From Ptychomitrium polyphyllum (lineage: Eukaryota): 64,000 nt of DNA. The notes under the pieces are model-generated. The model was not told the DNA's origin and made no database searches. It worked only from the letters and a program-made list of their open reading frames with translations. Positions 42,478 to 55,115 of this stretch are shown here, one piece after another (position 1 is the stretch's first letter; every line of letters starts with the position of its first letter). The translations under genes were made by a program, and so were the position numbers. The DNA is taken from positions 10,912,001-10,976,000 of the forward strand of contig OZ316776.1 in NCBI GenBank assembly GCA_973851085.1. Reading direction: 5' to 3'.

Positions 42478-43016
42478 GGTCCGATTTGACACAGTGATGC
42501 AATCGAGATTTATCACCTTAGAATGTGCAGTGTTGTGTCTCATTTCCCCACATACGTTGTTCTGACTTCTTTATAGCTTCAGAGATAGTACTTCTCTGAA
42601 AATCTTTCAAATGATAGTAATATTCTTAGCAAATGTTTTTGAGTGCCTCAATCTTATTCTATACACTGCTGATTTCTATTTCCATCTTTGTTTTTCTCTG
42701 CCGCAAAAATTTACGGATTATTATTTTACTGACAATGCGCAGAAATAGTGTTGCCATTTAACATGTATCAAGACCCATACAAGGCTCAAAAATTTAGGTA
42801 TGGTACCTATTGCAACACCAACTTCATGTATTTTCTATTTTCTTGTAACTCAGACACTCATTAAACATAGCTGTCAACTTCAAGTATGAATTGCAACATC
42901 TTTACTGGTTCAATTCATGTCATCCACTATTGTACCTATCTGACAAGTCTCTAAATCAAACTATGTTCGCGTAGGCTTGTTAGAAGCTGGTCCAGTTAAC
43001 TAATGCTACTTGACGA

Positions 43017-46000
43017 TCAGTTACATTCACTTCGCCAGGGCAGCATAGCAAGATGTGAAGTGGCTCCTGTGGACGACGTAGCCATCGACGGGCTATCTGA
43101 TATTTCAGACTCTTCAGTCTCACTTAAAAGACCCCTATTCCCATTGACAATGTCCACACTGTGTCTTCTTAAAAGATCTACAATCCCTTCATGGTCCAGC
43201 ATCTGAGACCGACAACCGAGGAGTTCCCCATACTGCTTCTGAAGTTCAAGGATCTCCCTGGAACGTCGGCTATTCTCTTCCAACAACTTCAAGCTTGCGT
43301 TGATCACCTTCTGCATTATGTGACGTAAATGGCGTCCATCGGTGTCGTCCACTTTGGCAAGCTCCTGGCTATGGTGCTGCAAAATGCTCTCCAGAATCTC
43401 AGGTTGGCTCAAAAGCATGGGATTATTGAGTGCCATTTCGTTGACAGAAGGACTCAGTTTACAGTGGTCAATCAAACTCCACAGGTGTTGCTGCTCTTCT
43501 TGTGGACAGTTGGGTATGTTGGCTAGAAGCTTCTCGATAGCCCCGTAGACTGTGTCGTGGGAGGTGCGAGAGGAGGCCGGGAAGGCCTTGAAGAGGTTGA
43601 GAAAGGCGTCGGTAGAGATGGAGCCTTCTCCAGCGTAGAAATAGAGGAATCTGTCAACGTCGCCGGCGATTTCTTCCAGGGCTTGCTCTGTGTGGACGTC
43701 GCCCGTGGTGGTGTAGTAGTCTATTAAGGACATTAGTGTCTCTGGACTGAACTTGTAGTCGTGGAGATACTCGTCCATTTCATCCAAGCTCTCGCCGATC
43801 TTCTCTTCCAGAATTGCTTTCACTCCCATTAGTCTTTCCTGCACCATACAGTATCCTCACAACCATGTCAAGTATTCTCTCCATTGGAAGACGAAAGATT
43901 CCCCAGACATGACCCAGATGGCAAATTGACGCTTCAGTCACATACACTAGAACCATACAGCATCCAATGTGCACGCCCTTTAGATAGATTCCAGATTCTT
44001 AAAGGTACCATTTTGTGCATGTAGAGGGTAAATGAAACACATGCCTTATGCCAAAACTCTACACAACCTTCGAACCCACTTGATACTAGACGACCCAATC
44101 GGATTGAAAGATATACTTTGTGGATAACATTCAAGGTTGAGATTACAATGCAGAGTGCAGTGCATCTCAAAAGCTACTAGGAAAGTCCTCCATGAAGAGA
44201 AGCTTGCAGGAGCAAATGATTCATCCTCTTGCATGGCTGAAATCTGTACCTTGATGTAGGTATGGTTTTGGACTTCCAGATTTGCACCTCCAGGAGAACA
44301 TTCAGTCTAGCATCAACACAAATTAATAAGCTCAGTCCACATAATTGGTTTTTGAGTAATCCTCGAAGGCAGTCATTTCTAGTTCTAATTTGTGAAAAGC
44401 GGGAGGATATGGTTCCTACCTTGAGAGGCTCCCTTAAAAGAGGCAACAATAAATCCGCATGCTCCAACAAGCTGCACCAATATTGTGAAGAGAGTTCCAT
44501 CCAAGGCCGCTTCGTCGGAGCATTCTTCAACAACATCCTTGCCAAGCAAAGCAGCACCCAACACCTCGCGCTATCATTAGAACATTCATCTTCCATCACG
44601 TAATCCAACCACCCCCTCACATTCCTCCCCTGTCTACACTTGAGGTTTAAGTTCACATCCGAATCCACTAAAGTATTGATTATCTCGGCTGCGTAGAGTT
44701 CCGGTAGCGAGCACACCTGGACGAGCAGCTCCGTCAAGCTCTGGCACGCCGAGGATTGTTTAAGAGGGACAGGCTTGAGGGGCCCAGAGATGTAGGCTGA
44801 AGGAGCCGAGACGTGCTTAATTTCAGTGAAGGACTTAACGCATGCTGCGGCGATCACCTTCTGACACCGAAACTCAATGTACTCGTCCACAGGGGCGTTG
44901 ATGCGGCGGTACGTCTGGAGGAAGTTGATGCAGTAGCGCCAGTGTGCGAAGACGTTGGCGTGCATGAATTTTTTTGTGGCCTCAGTGATGTCGTCCATGG
45001 TTAGAAACTCGGCGGTGGCGTAGACGAGGGGGACGTTAAGAACTGTGAAGGTAGGCTTGCACATGTAGCACATGTCGGCAGCTATGGCGAACCCCTCTAC
45101 TCCACCTTTGCAATTTCAAAAACACCAACAATCAGCTTTCAAAAAATCAAAAAAGAATAAAAATTCGTGTACGTTAGGATTACTTGTATATTCATCCTCT
45201 TTACTTCAGAAAGTGAATGAGTGACCTAGGATGCATGTATTGAAATTTGTGTGTCAACGAAGTGGGTGAAACTTTATAGCCTTGAGGTATGAGCTCCAAT
45301 TATTAACACAAGTGATATGAAGAAAGAGGTGAGATTTTGGTATGCCCACTGCATGCTGTACCCAAGATTAGCTGGGTGGAGTATGGTGATAGTAGAGTAC
45401 CTGCATCAGTTGCAAGGATATGGCAAACTTGCAAATACAGACAAGGAGAGTGATGAAGAGCTGGGTGGAGGAATGGGAGGGGAAATGGAAAAACAATAAA
45501 ACAATATAAAATTGTGAAGCATTGGAAGTTGCTTCAAAAACATGCAAGAAGATGCTAGAACTCTAGCAACTGTTCTGCAAAATCCTGTACCTTGTGGTAT
45601 TCGTGGTATGACCAAGGATGGCATAGCAAATCTAGTGCAATGGTAAACAAGGAGGGTAACAGAAATTGGGTAGGAAAAAATAACAATCATGTTCTAAAGA
45701 CATGCAAGGAAGAGCTTGCTGATTGCGGCTAGCATGAGATGGCAGTTTCTCCGCAGAGATGAACAAGAAGGGTACTAAGTAAAATTGGGTGGAGGACTAG
45801 ATGGGATTCTATAACCACCATGTTAAAAGACCAATATTAATTATGTTAAAAGACCAATATTAATTATGTTAAAAGACCAATATTAATTATGTTAAAAAAC
45901 ACGCAAGAAAAAACTAGGTAGTATGCAGTAGGAAGGATGGCATGAGAAATTATGTGCAGGGATAAGCATGGAGAGCCCTATGGAGAGCTGGGGGAAGGGA

Positions 46001-46249
46001 ATGGTCCGAGACAGCTAGAGTAGTACCGGGAAGGTCCTGGATGGTGACGAGCTTGCATCCCCTGATCTCGTGGAGTGCTGCGGCGCCGTCCGAAGTGCTG
46101 GGCAGGTTGCGGAAGTAAGCGCTGGCGTTTTGCAAGGCCAGCATGTGGAGGTGGAATTCTTCCCCGTTCACTCGCACCAGCACGTCGCTGTACTCGCCTG
46201 TCTTTCTAACCCTTTGCAGCCAACCGTTGAGGTGGTCTTTCTTGGCCAT
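43017..46249 (-). CDS. BTB/POZ plus NPH3-like domain protein, 3 coding exons
   Basis: Exons 46249-46027, 45105-44420, 43838-43017 join in frame via GT-AG. N-terminal BTB: SDVLVRVNGEEFHLHMLAL...DLPGGVEGFAIAADMCY...NVPLVYATAEFLTM. C-terminal NPH3-like: RTSHDTVYGAIEKLL...LWSLIDHCKLS...ALNNPML, then a coiled-coil-like segment. Confidence 0.85.
45820..45897. repeat. 23-bp tandem repeat, about 3.4 copies, in intron 1 of the BTB/NPH3-like gene
   Basis: Three perfect ATGTTAAAAGACCAATATTAATT units plus a partial unit. Confidence 0.92.
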
Positions 46250-48743
46250 GGAATAGAATCTCTGTCGACTGATTCAGCTACTCTTTCTAGCTCTCTTATG
46301 CACCCAAATTGTGAGTTTTCCTTTACCTTGTCAAAACCAAACTCTGAGGAGACTTGGGCCGCTGAATATTCACCCCACTAAGTTGCTCATGCAGTGCTTG
46401 ATGAAATTCTGATTCATCTCCGTCCATTTCCGTTAGAGTTGAGTGCAAGCCGGAGTGGACTACAACCGTACTATTGATGATCTTCTTCAAGTCTCATTTG
46501 GAATTCTTGGAGAGGAAGAAGTTTTGGGAAGTCTTTAGATTCTATAAGAGTAGTAACTCTCAAGCTCGGATTTGCAATCCATACTCAATCATCACACGTA
46601 AGACTGCTTGATTGAATCTTTAAAAGGTCGTTAAGCTCCAAGCTGCACGTTTTGTAACTCCAGATCAACCAACAAGCTGCAAGCTTAGATAAGCAGAAAG
46701 CAAATCAGTTTCTAAGGAAAGATCTAGAAGGCAAAGTCCAAATCCTTGTCACTTAATTAGAGGCGAAATGCTTGCTCAAGAAACCAGCGAGCATCACTAG
46801 AAAGATGAAAATAAAGGCCAAATCAACATGTGAAGCCCAAGAGAACACCTCTAAGACTCCAAGGTTACTGCAACAGTGCAAAGACCTGGGATTCTACCTG
46901 CAATCAGTAACCTTGGCACAAGCACTAGTGCATGTTTTCCAAAGATGAAATCAGCTGATGACCATTTTTCCGAAGAAAACCCTCGTACTTTGAAGAAAAA
47001 GAAACCCGCCCACACACTCCAAACAACTTCTCGTGCAAGTACCGCATACCCTTCAGAGCAGCACTCTAGATTCTCACAAACTGAAAGAAAGTCACTCAAA
47101 TCTTAACACTCAACATCTTCTTCTCTAAGCTAGCACTCATCACACTACTTTCTACGCAACGCAAGCTGAGAGAACATGAGCCTGAAGCTCGTGAAGGCTG
47201 GAAGAGATGTTACAAAATGTTGACATGGCCGGCTCCTGGAATCCATGCCACCACCGTGGCTGCGCAGTCACTCTGCTGTACTATTCCTCCTTCTCCAGAT
47301 CATCTGCCACTGCTCCAGATCTAGTCATCATGCAACGTAATTTTACTTGCTCTGGTGGTAACTTAATTGATCAGAGTGATTGCCAGCTTGAAAGAGATTG
47401 GGTTGGCAGATTAAGAACAGTGCAGCAGATTCCAGCACTGATCAGTTCTCACTTCCTTGAGTACTAAATTACTAGGAGTGCCCCAACTGATATCGTCCCA
47501 AAAATTTTAGCTTGGAAGTCGCAGGCCTTCTTACGAGCCAATGATGGACTTCGGAAGGGGAAGAGACTGGGACAGAAAAGGGAAAGGTAGATTTTCTATT
47601 GTAATGCGATAGACCGACCATCAAAGTTGTGAAGGTGGTTTGACCCCTGAATTGAGCAAAAGGATTTGAATGATCTGATTCTGTCGCAATTGCCATCACG
47701 TTTATCAGCAGTTTCAGGGGGAAATCATGTGACTGATGATGTCATCAAGAGAGTTAACTTGAAGATACGGCCTTGGTCTACACTAAACCTTACTCCTTTG
47801 TCGTCATTTGTGGTGAGATACTGTGGAATGTGTTTTCTGTTATTAGAAATTTGGACCAATAAGACCTGGCTTTGTTGACTTCCATGTTGTAGGGATTGTT
47901 CAACAGATATTTACAATGAATTTACTGTATATTAGGTCATGTCTGTAACTCATCTAATGTGATGATCATATTCTTACATTCATTGAAAATAGGCAGCCAA
48001 CTAGGTGTATGGATGTCTTACTTGAAGAACTATGATCTTTTACAAAACATTCACCATTTTCTAATTTGTTCTAAGCTCTGATATACACACGTGAGAATGT
48101 GAAGTCACTGTAGACTTGCAGATTTGTGTGTAATTTGTACTGTACAGAGCATGTATGATTCAGTATTCACAAGGCATTCATGTGCTGTAGCAGTGGCACA
48201 TTCCTTCTTTGAGAGGTGTTTGGAATTTGAACTAGCTTTGAAACCCCAAATTCCAGGTATTACAGCAGTAACATAAGTTATCTCCAACTTATTCAAGTCC
48301 AAATTGTTGGGCCTAAGTTGGAGCTTATGAAAGGAAGGACCAAAGGTTGTTTAGTGTTCACAACTCACAACTTGTGATAAAATATTATACTCAAAGTACT
48401 GTATTTGCTTCTTGTAAATCAGTTTGCAAAGCAAGGTTGAATAGGGTAAGACTCCTCCAGTCAATTATGTGGGACAGAGGTAGGTTCCCCATGACCATCA
48501 CTTTAAGCAATTTGGTATAAATTTGATCCAAGTTTGAAATGGGGCAGCTTTTATGAAGTTCCATTATTAGAAAGGTGCTTCAATATAATGAAAACAAAAT
48601 TTTGAGATTCACCATGAAATTCTAGAAAGTCGTTAAAGTTCCTAATCCTTAACATGATTGTAGGTGCATCTTAAACAAGGGGAAAGAAGAAACTATGGCA
48701 TATATGGCATATATAGACATTAATTCCGTGGATTCAGCAAGAA

Positions 48744-48791
48744 GGAGCAAAACCTCTCAAAGGGAGCAAAACCTCTCAAAGGGAGCAAAAC
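48744..48791. repeat. 19-bp tandem repeat, 2.5 copies
   Basis: GGAGCAAAACCTCTCAAAG at 48744 and 48763, partial at 48782. Confidence 0.85.
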
Positions 48792-49697
48792 TTAGATGGA
48801 TTCCAGGTATTACAACATGTCATGCCTGCTGGGAACCAAAGATCCTTGATATGTGAGCATAACGTTACCTACAGCAAATGGGAACTCAACCCAGTCCATA
48901 CCAATTAAGTTATTACACAGAAACTGGTAATAAAGCTACATGCAAGCTCATAACACAAGGGTGTGTGAACATACTGCCACATAGTAATAACTCAATAGAG
49001 GATGAAAACAGACAACACACAAGTTGTACACTTATGTACTAAGTTAAGATGTGGTACTGATGCACTCATAGTATTGCAGCATGTCATGTATTATGTCTCA
49101 GTTGCAAGCATTTCCAGATATCAGGACTTGAATTTAAATACAAACTTTGACAGACTACTTATGAAGTTCTGATTTGTTCATAATAAACCAAGTTGGTATT
49201 TGCTGAAATTGAAATGCTTAGGCCGATTTCAGAAACATTGCCATGGACATGAGTTTCAATGTCAAAGTCCTTAATTTTTCCAACCACAAGGATATCATGC
49301 ACCCTAAAAACTTTTCAGCTAAAAACTCTGAGGATGACTTCCACATACCATACTGGACATATGCACAGTCCCTGCTCCTTCTCACTGAACCCAAAATCCT
49401 GTGACATTGGCAACCCAAATACATGAAGACTTGCTGTGGCCTGTGCATGGTAGGAGAATGTAAGTTAGCATTCAATTGTATTGGTGTAGCACTTCACGCT
49501 TTCATTCTATTTAAATAATGTAAGAAGTTTTCTTTCCCAGCGCCAAGCAACTGCATTCATGTCAACGAGCTGATCCTTTGAATCTGTTGCTTGAAAACTT
49601 ATTCAGATTGAATTGAAAAAATCCAGGCTTGGGTACAAGGTATTCAGTGGCTGCTTAGTTCTGCTTATTAGATCATGGTGCAAATATGGGTTACACT

Positions 49698-49809
49698 AAA
49701 ATTTAGACTGCCAAATTCATGGGGAGACACTTTTATCCAAATAGAATTGTGGCTAAAATTTGATGTATTGGCTAAAAGTGTCTCTCACAAACTAAACAGC
49801 CCAAGTTTT
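49698..49809 (-). ncRNA. Candidate pre-miRNA-like hairpin
   Basis: Stem of about 45 bp with core GAGACACTTTTA/TAAAAGTGTCTC; most outer-stem mismatches become G:U pairs only on the minus strand. Confidence 0.35.
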
Positions 49810-51275
49810 TGTTGAAAAGACCAAATTTAATGTGAACACTGTTTCTAAGGAAAACAACTGTTTATGAGCATATCAGCAGTGCCTCTTGAGCAGTGCGCTA
49901 CTGCTCAGGTTTGACAAATTGAAAATGATGCAGTCCAATTGCAAGGACAGATAAAAAGAATCAAGGTAACCAAGTAGTACATAATCTCAGCAGAGCCAAG
50001 TATTACTTGTGTAAGGGAAACTGTACTAAGAACAGTGCTCCACAGTAGCAAATCCCTTTACATTGTTATGTTTGCAAATTTCTTACCATGATCCAAATTG
50101 TAATGTTCAGGTGTAATATATCTCTTGAGCTACAATTAGTTTAGTTTTGGGTTTTGAGTATGTGCTAAAATCTGTGCTCCTGCAACCCTCAACTTTTAGT
50201 AAACAAAATCTCCAATAGTCTGTAACGGAGTTAGTAACTGGATTGTGTAACTGTGCACTTTTAACTGAAAGGTTTAAGCGTTCAAGATCGTCACCGTCGA
50301 GTTAGGTACATGGTCAGAACTGCTTCTAATAAGAGCTATTACATAACTCAGATCGAGTCAGGGATCCAAACATGAAATTGTTAATTAAAGCTGCAAGCTA
50401 CCATGCAACCAGCAAGGTTATGTGAGCGTGTGAGCGTATTAGATTTGGCAGCAGTCTGAGCAAACTTCACTTAACCTCTTCTTACTCAACCCCGGAAGAA
50501 CTAGAGTCCATCCACGTATGTGCAAAAGAACTTGTATTCTCCAGAGTTCAGGGTATGGCACGACTTGAATTACCCAGCTTATCATTGCCCTTTATGAGTT
50601 CCGTTCATATAAAGTGATATGCTCATTATTATTAATTTCTTGAACCCGTAAGCCCTGAGGCCAGACGCCTGCTCTCTATCAGTGCCTTGACCGTGGTCTC
50701 AACTTGCAAGGCAGGGCTCCTTTTGGATAAATTGTTGTTGCAGGGCTTTGAAGGCTTCGACAAAGGTATGTCGGAAGTCTTGCTGGTACGATTTTACCTG
50801 CTCAGGCTGACACCATTCAATTATTTAAATCATAATGTTGTTCTGCCTCTTCAGATCAAATTTCAGTTTCACTTGCTTTCAAGTATTTGCTCGTTTTTGA
50901 GACTTCAAGTGAGGAGAGGACATAACAGGGACGTCCATTAAAGTTCTTGCAGAAATTTAGTCACTTCTGTGATCTCAGGTAGTGGACACTAGCCAGTTAG
51001 TGTAATATTGTATACAAGGCTCATTGTCTGTAATGTACAAATTCTAGCTCTGCCTGTAAGTACCTATACACTTCATAAAACGAGGTTTTCACGCATCTAC
51101 CAGGCCAAAACGAATTAATGGTAACTCTAATTGCAGTTACAGTACATTGGGACAACCTCTGTCCACCTTCGTGCTGATGGTTGTATGCAAATATTCCTAA
51201 CACCATCAATGAAGTGAACTTCAATAACATATTAGTCTAGGAGCTATGAACAAGGCGTATTAGAATGTGACGTAC

Positions 51276-54120
51276 CTAGGAGCGCAGACCCTAGGCATGG
51301 ATCACTGATTCACTGGACCAGTATTATCTTTTGTCTTCAGAGATGTACCTGACAGGCATGGAATGCTCCTAACTCCTAGTGCTCCGAGTTGCCTGACGTC
51401 TCTGCAATACGTGGAAATGAGAATTGAGCAATTTGGTACTGCTAATAATAGCTTTGGACTCGTCTGACATTGTTCCGTGTGGGAAATTCAGGTGCCGAAC
51501 GCTCCAAGGCTTAAGCAGCGGCTTTTAGTCTCTTAGACATTACAACTTTAGTTTAGTTAATCCCTGCAATACTACAAAAGAAACTAGCAACTATGTTTGG
51601 GCCTGCAGAATTATCCATATTCGAATTCTATTATTAGCCATTTCCCATGAAGTTACGTCATAGTATTCACTAGCACCTGGACTTGCTTGATACCGTAGTT
51701 GAAAAACATTTTTGTGTCGTTTCAAAAGAGGTGATTTTAACAACATCCAACTGTCAATTTGACATATCGTTGTGAATGTGCAATTTCAACCGTTTTCAGT
51801 GAAGCGACAGTAAAATCATTGTTCTAAGTGGGTGGTGGAAACGACATTCAGAAACCCTAAACCCTAAACCCTAAACCTGGTTTCAACGCTTTTGTTCAAG
51901 AAACAACGCTGTTTGCACCTTATGATGTTTCAACCCAAGTCAAATAGGGTTCAAAAGAAAATACAAATAGCAGTTCGCACCAAAAGAGTACAGAAGAACA
52001 TTCATATCAAAGGAAAATAATATCTTCAAGTTCCAAAATTTCATTAAAAACATGATAACATAAAGGTATCCACACGTCACGGTCTAAATATTAATCCACC
52101 CATCTCCAGCACGTAGTCTACAATCACTCCATCCTCGCTAAGGGTTTTCTGCTACTTCACCACGTCTGCTACCTTGCTGGAAATGTAACATACACTTGGT
52201 ATCATCTTCCACCTCCAAATCAATATAAGTGGCTGCTTTATAAACTGTTTTTTGAAAAAGATTACGTACACCAATTTCTTCCATAGACTAGATCAGGTAA
52301 CGTGAGAATACAGAAATAAAATAATCCAGTACTAGAGTACAACCCTAGTCAAGTCAGGTTCTTAGTGAATGTACTTGGAATCCCCATTAGTGAAAGCCAG
52401 GGGCCTGCTCTTGGGAAGAAAGGGTTTACGCAGGATTGCCCTCATTTCTGTGAATTTACATTGCAGGTATTGACCTGCAGAGAGCCGATTCAATACACCA
52501 GCTCTACAATTCTTAATAGATATACTTTACAATGTGTCAATAACAAAGGCTATGAACTCAGTCGTATGATATGCGTGAATTGCTGCTTAAAGATTAATGG
52601 GATTAAGTGTTATTGACCAACAAGGAACAATGTCTTTTGGATCGCTACTCTCCTAGACATGCAACTTTGGTGATCCAAAGCCTTCAAGGATCAAGCTATA
52701 GCAAAGGTGAGTACTTAATAACGTATGGCGGGTGTAAAATTCCAAAGTTTCAAGAGCTTTCAAATGAGTGTGGCAAGATTTTACAAATAAAACTGATGTA
52801 CAAACAAGCACAACTGTGAACGAAAAGAAAAATACAGGGGAGATGAGCCATCTCAGAGAACACCTCTACACAAAGCAAACTGTGTTTCTTACGTTATTAC
52901 ATCTGGTTCATCCAATAAGAAAATAAAAGGACACCAAACACCGCAAGCCGGTCACGGTCAACGAGCACAACAAGCCCTCGCCGCAATGCTGGGAGAAATA
53001 CAACACTCAATCTACAGTGCATGCACAATGCAGTAGCGCTTCAGGGAGAACTATTCCTACTTCGCCGTCAGCTAAATCCAAACATGAGCTAGTGATCAAG
53101 GAGTTGAGAAAAGCCAGCAGATTCACCAGTTTTTCCGTTTCGAAACGCGGGACATGCAACCTAATCGTTCTCTCACAATTCCAAATACTCTGCCAGGATC
53201 AAACCCTCCTTCGTTCAACTGGCAAAGAACACATGTCGCGATAGCAACTTGTTCAGAAAAACTGTTGAAATATTCTTGTTTAAACATCCTGTTTTCAACG
53301 TGCAGGGGGTCGAAACGATGAAGCAGAGGATCGATTCTTCAACCAGTCGTTTCAGAGGTCCTGGTTCAAGCAGATTCCGGAACAAGCTAATCAGGTTTTT
53401 TGAGATCTTACAAATGAACGCTTTGGTTTTGTCAAGGGTCACTGCACGAAAGGCCATATAGAGCCCATGACTGCTATAGTTGCTATATTTGTCAATGAAT
53501 CAAGAATAATCCATCTAGTCCTCATCTTCTGAGTTCAACACACACTAGCGGTAGGTGTTGGTCAAGAGTACAAAGTAGACAGACTTACCAACAAAGGGAC
53601 AACATGATCACATGCAGAAAGACCTTCAAACAAATTGGAACCTAAATGAATTTTGCTGGGACTAGCCTTTCACATGAACTCAAAATGTGCTGAAAAAGAT
53701 TACACTTGCTCCGCCTTCAGCTGGAACGAATGTCTCAGTAAACATATTGTACACACCAATTTAAGTTTTAAATAGAGAGAGAAATTCTAAATATTTGTAC
53801 AACTTACAATGTAGCTTATTCATATGTCCCGTTGCCAGCTGCAGATCTGAAACAAAACCTGGCATCATGTGGCAGAACAGTGCCCAAAAACCTCCAGTGG
53901 CAGAAGATCGTTGTACACGTTTCCTGTGATATGGCTGCCAGAGTCCAGAACTGGTGAAAATTTGTCATACATGTACAGATCATTCAAATTCCGTAGTTCA
54001 AACCCATTTCAAATCTGTTGAAATTCTTAATAGAACATCTTTAACTAGATAGAAGTTCCTGCACCTCGGTTCTGACAATTTCAGCTTTCCAGCGTTCTAC
54101 GATACTCAAGAAAGGGAAGA
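51276..54120 (-). ncRNA. Candidate multi-exon non-coding or small-ORF transcript
   Basis: Series of minus-strand AG|exon|GT blocks: 53846-53808, 53641-53589, 52988(or 52902)-52893, 52474-52430, acceptor at 52176, 51401-51349/51276, upstream donor at 54064. No long spliced ORF found. Confidence 0.35.
51852..51877. repeat. Short interstitial plant telomeric repeat (AAACCCT)3+
   Basis: AAACCCTAAACCCTAAACCCTAAACC read directly. Confidence 0.85.
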
Positions 54121-55115
54121 TCATCAAACGTAAACACACTGTTTGCCAAGGGACAGAGTAGAAGAAAGAAGCGAGGAAACATCCAGAATCAATCCTGGAC
54201 TAAGCAATGTCAAATTGGTGTCTTTTTAGGATATAGAACTACTGTATAGCTTGTGAGACTTGGAAGCGGCGCCTGGGAGATTCAACTTTCAAACAGTTGG
54301 AATACATGAGTAGCCTCGTTCGACAGTTATGTGTAGAAGTGTTGCTCTCACTTTTTGAACATGAGAGTCCTTGACATGGACACTTGTCTCTGTAAAGTCA
54401 AATCTCAAATCGAAAAGATTGGATCAGCAGGGATATAATTCCTGGAGTAGTAGGAAAGCGATCAGGAGTTTCCAACCTTCGATGCCATGAAGGACAAGTG
54501 GTCGTGACCAAATTCATACATCATGAATTAGAACCTATTGTTTACATATGCAGAACTACTTCTGATCATTTCAAGCCACAGTCCCTAAACATGTGGGAAA
54601 CCCAATTACAGTTTCAATACCTATAGGTGGTATCATCCCGCTGCACTAGTTATCGTAAGCTGCAGAAAATCTTGTGCACGAAGTGGGAGTTGCTTGTGAA
54701 GACCAAGGAAGCACGACATTTATAACCAGTGTTAACTTAAAAAATTTCGTGATCTTTGACGAAAGTGGACGTTCAGAACCCAAAAGATACGTAGAGAAAA
54801 AAAAACTGGAACAGCGTATCAGTTGGTCAGTAATACTTGCAGAGAGAAAAAGATGTTTTGAAGCACTGTACTTCACTTCGACATTGCCATTTAGTAGTTT
54901 AAACAAGTCTTGCTGTTCCTGGCGACAATCGATTAGGAAGAGCATGTCTTCGATTGTTGATCAAGCTCTATAATATCAGAAAGTCCTACTTTGCACATTC
55001 TAGTTCGAAAACAACACCAATGATTCACAAAATTATCCAGAAAAAATCTAATACTGCATATGTTCATGTGTTGACATCAAGAGGCTCTCTACGCAGTTAA
55101 GTTCTTGTCCAAATT

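Noticed and set aside
48468..48476. GTCCCACAT (minus strand) and TTCCCACAT at ~54591 resembling the plant snRNA USE element
   Set aside because: No correctly spaced TATA box and no recognisable snRNA or telomerase RNA downstream.
49887..49907. Small perfect hairpin TGAGCAGT-gcgct-ACTGCTCA
   Set aside because: An 8-bp stem can occur by chance in 64 kb; noted only because it is next to the larger hairpin.
54081..54126. Minus-strand TGATGA...CTGA resembling a C/D snoRNA
   Set aside because: Only ~46 nt between the boxes, with no terminal stem or recognisable rRNA guide.
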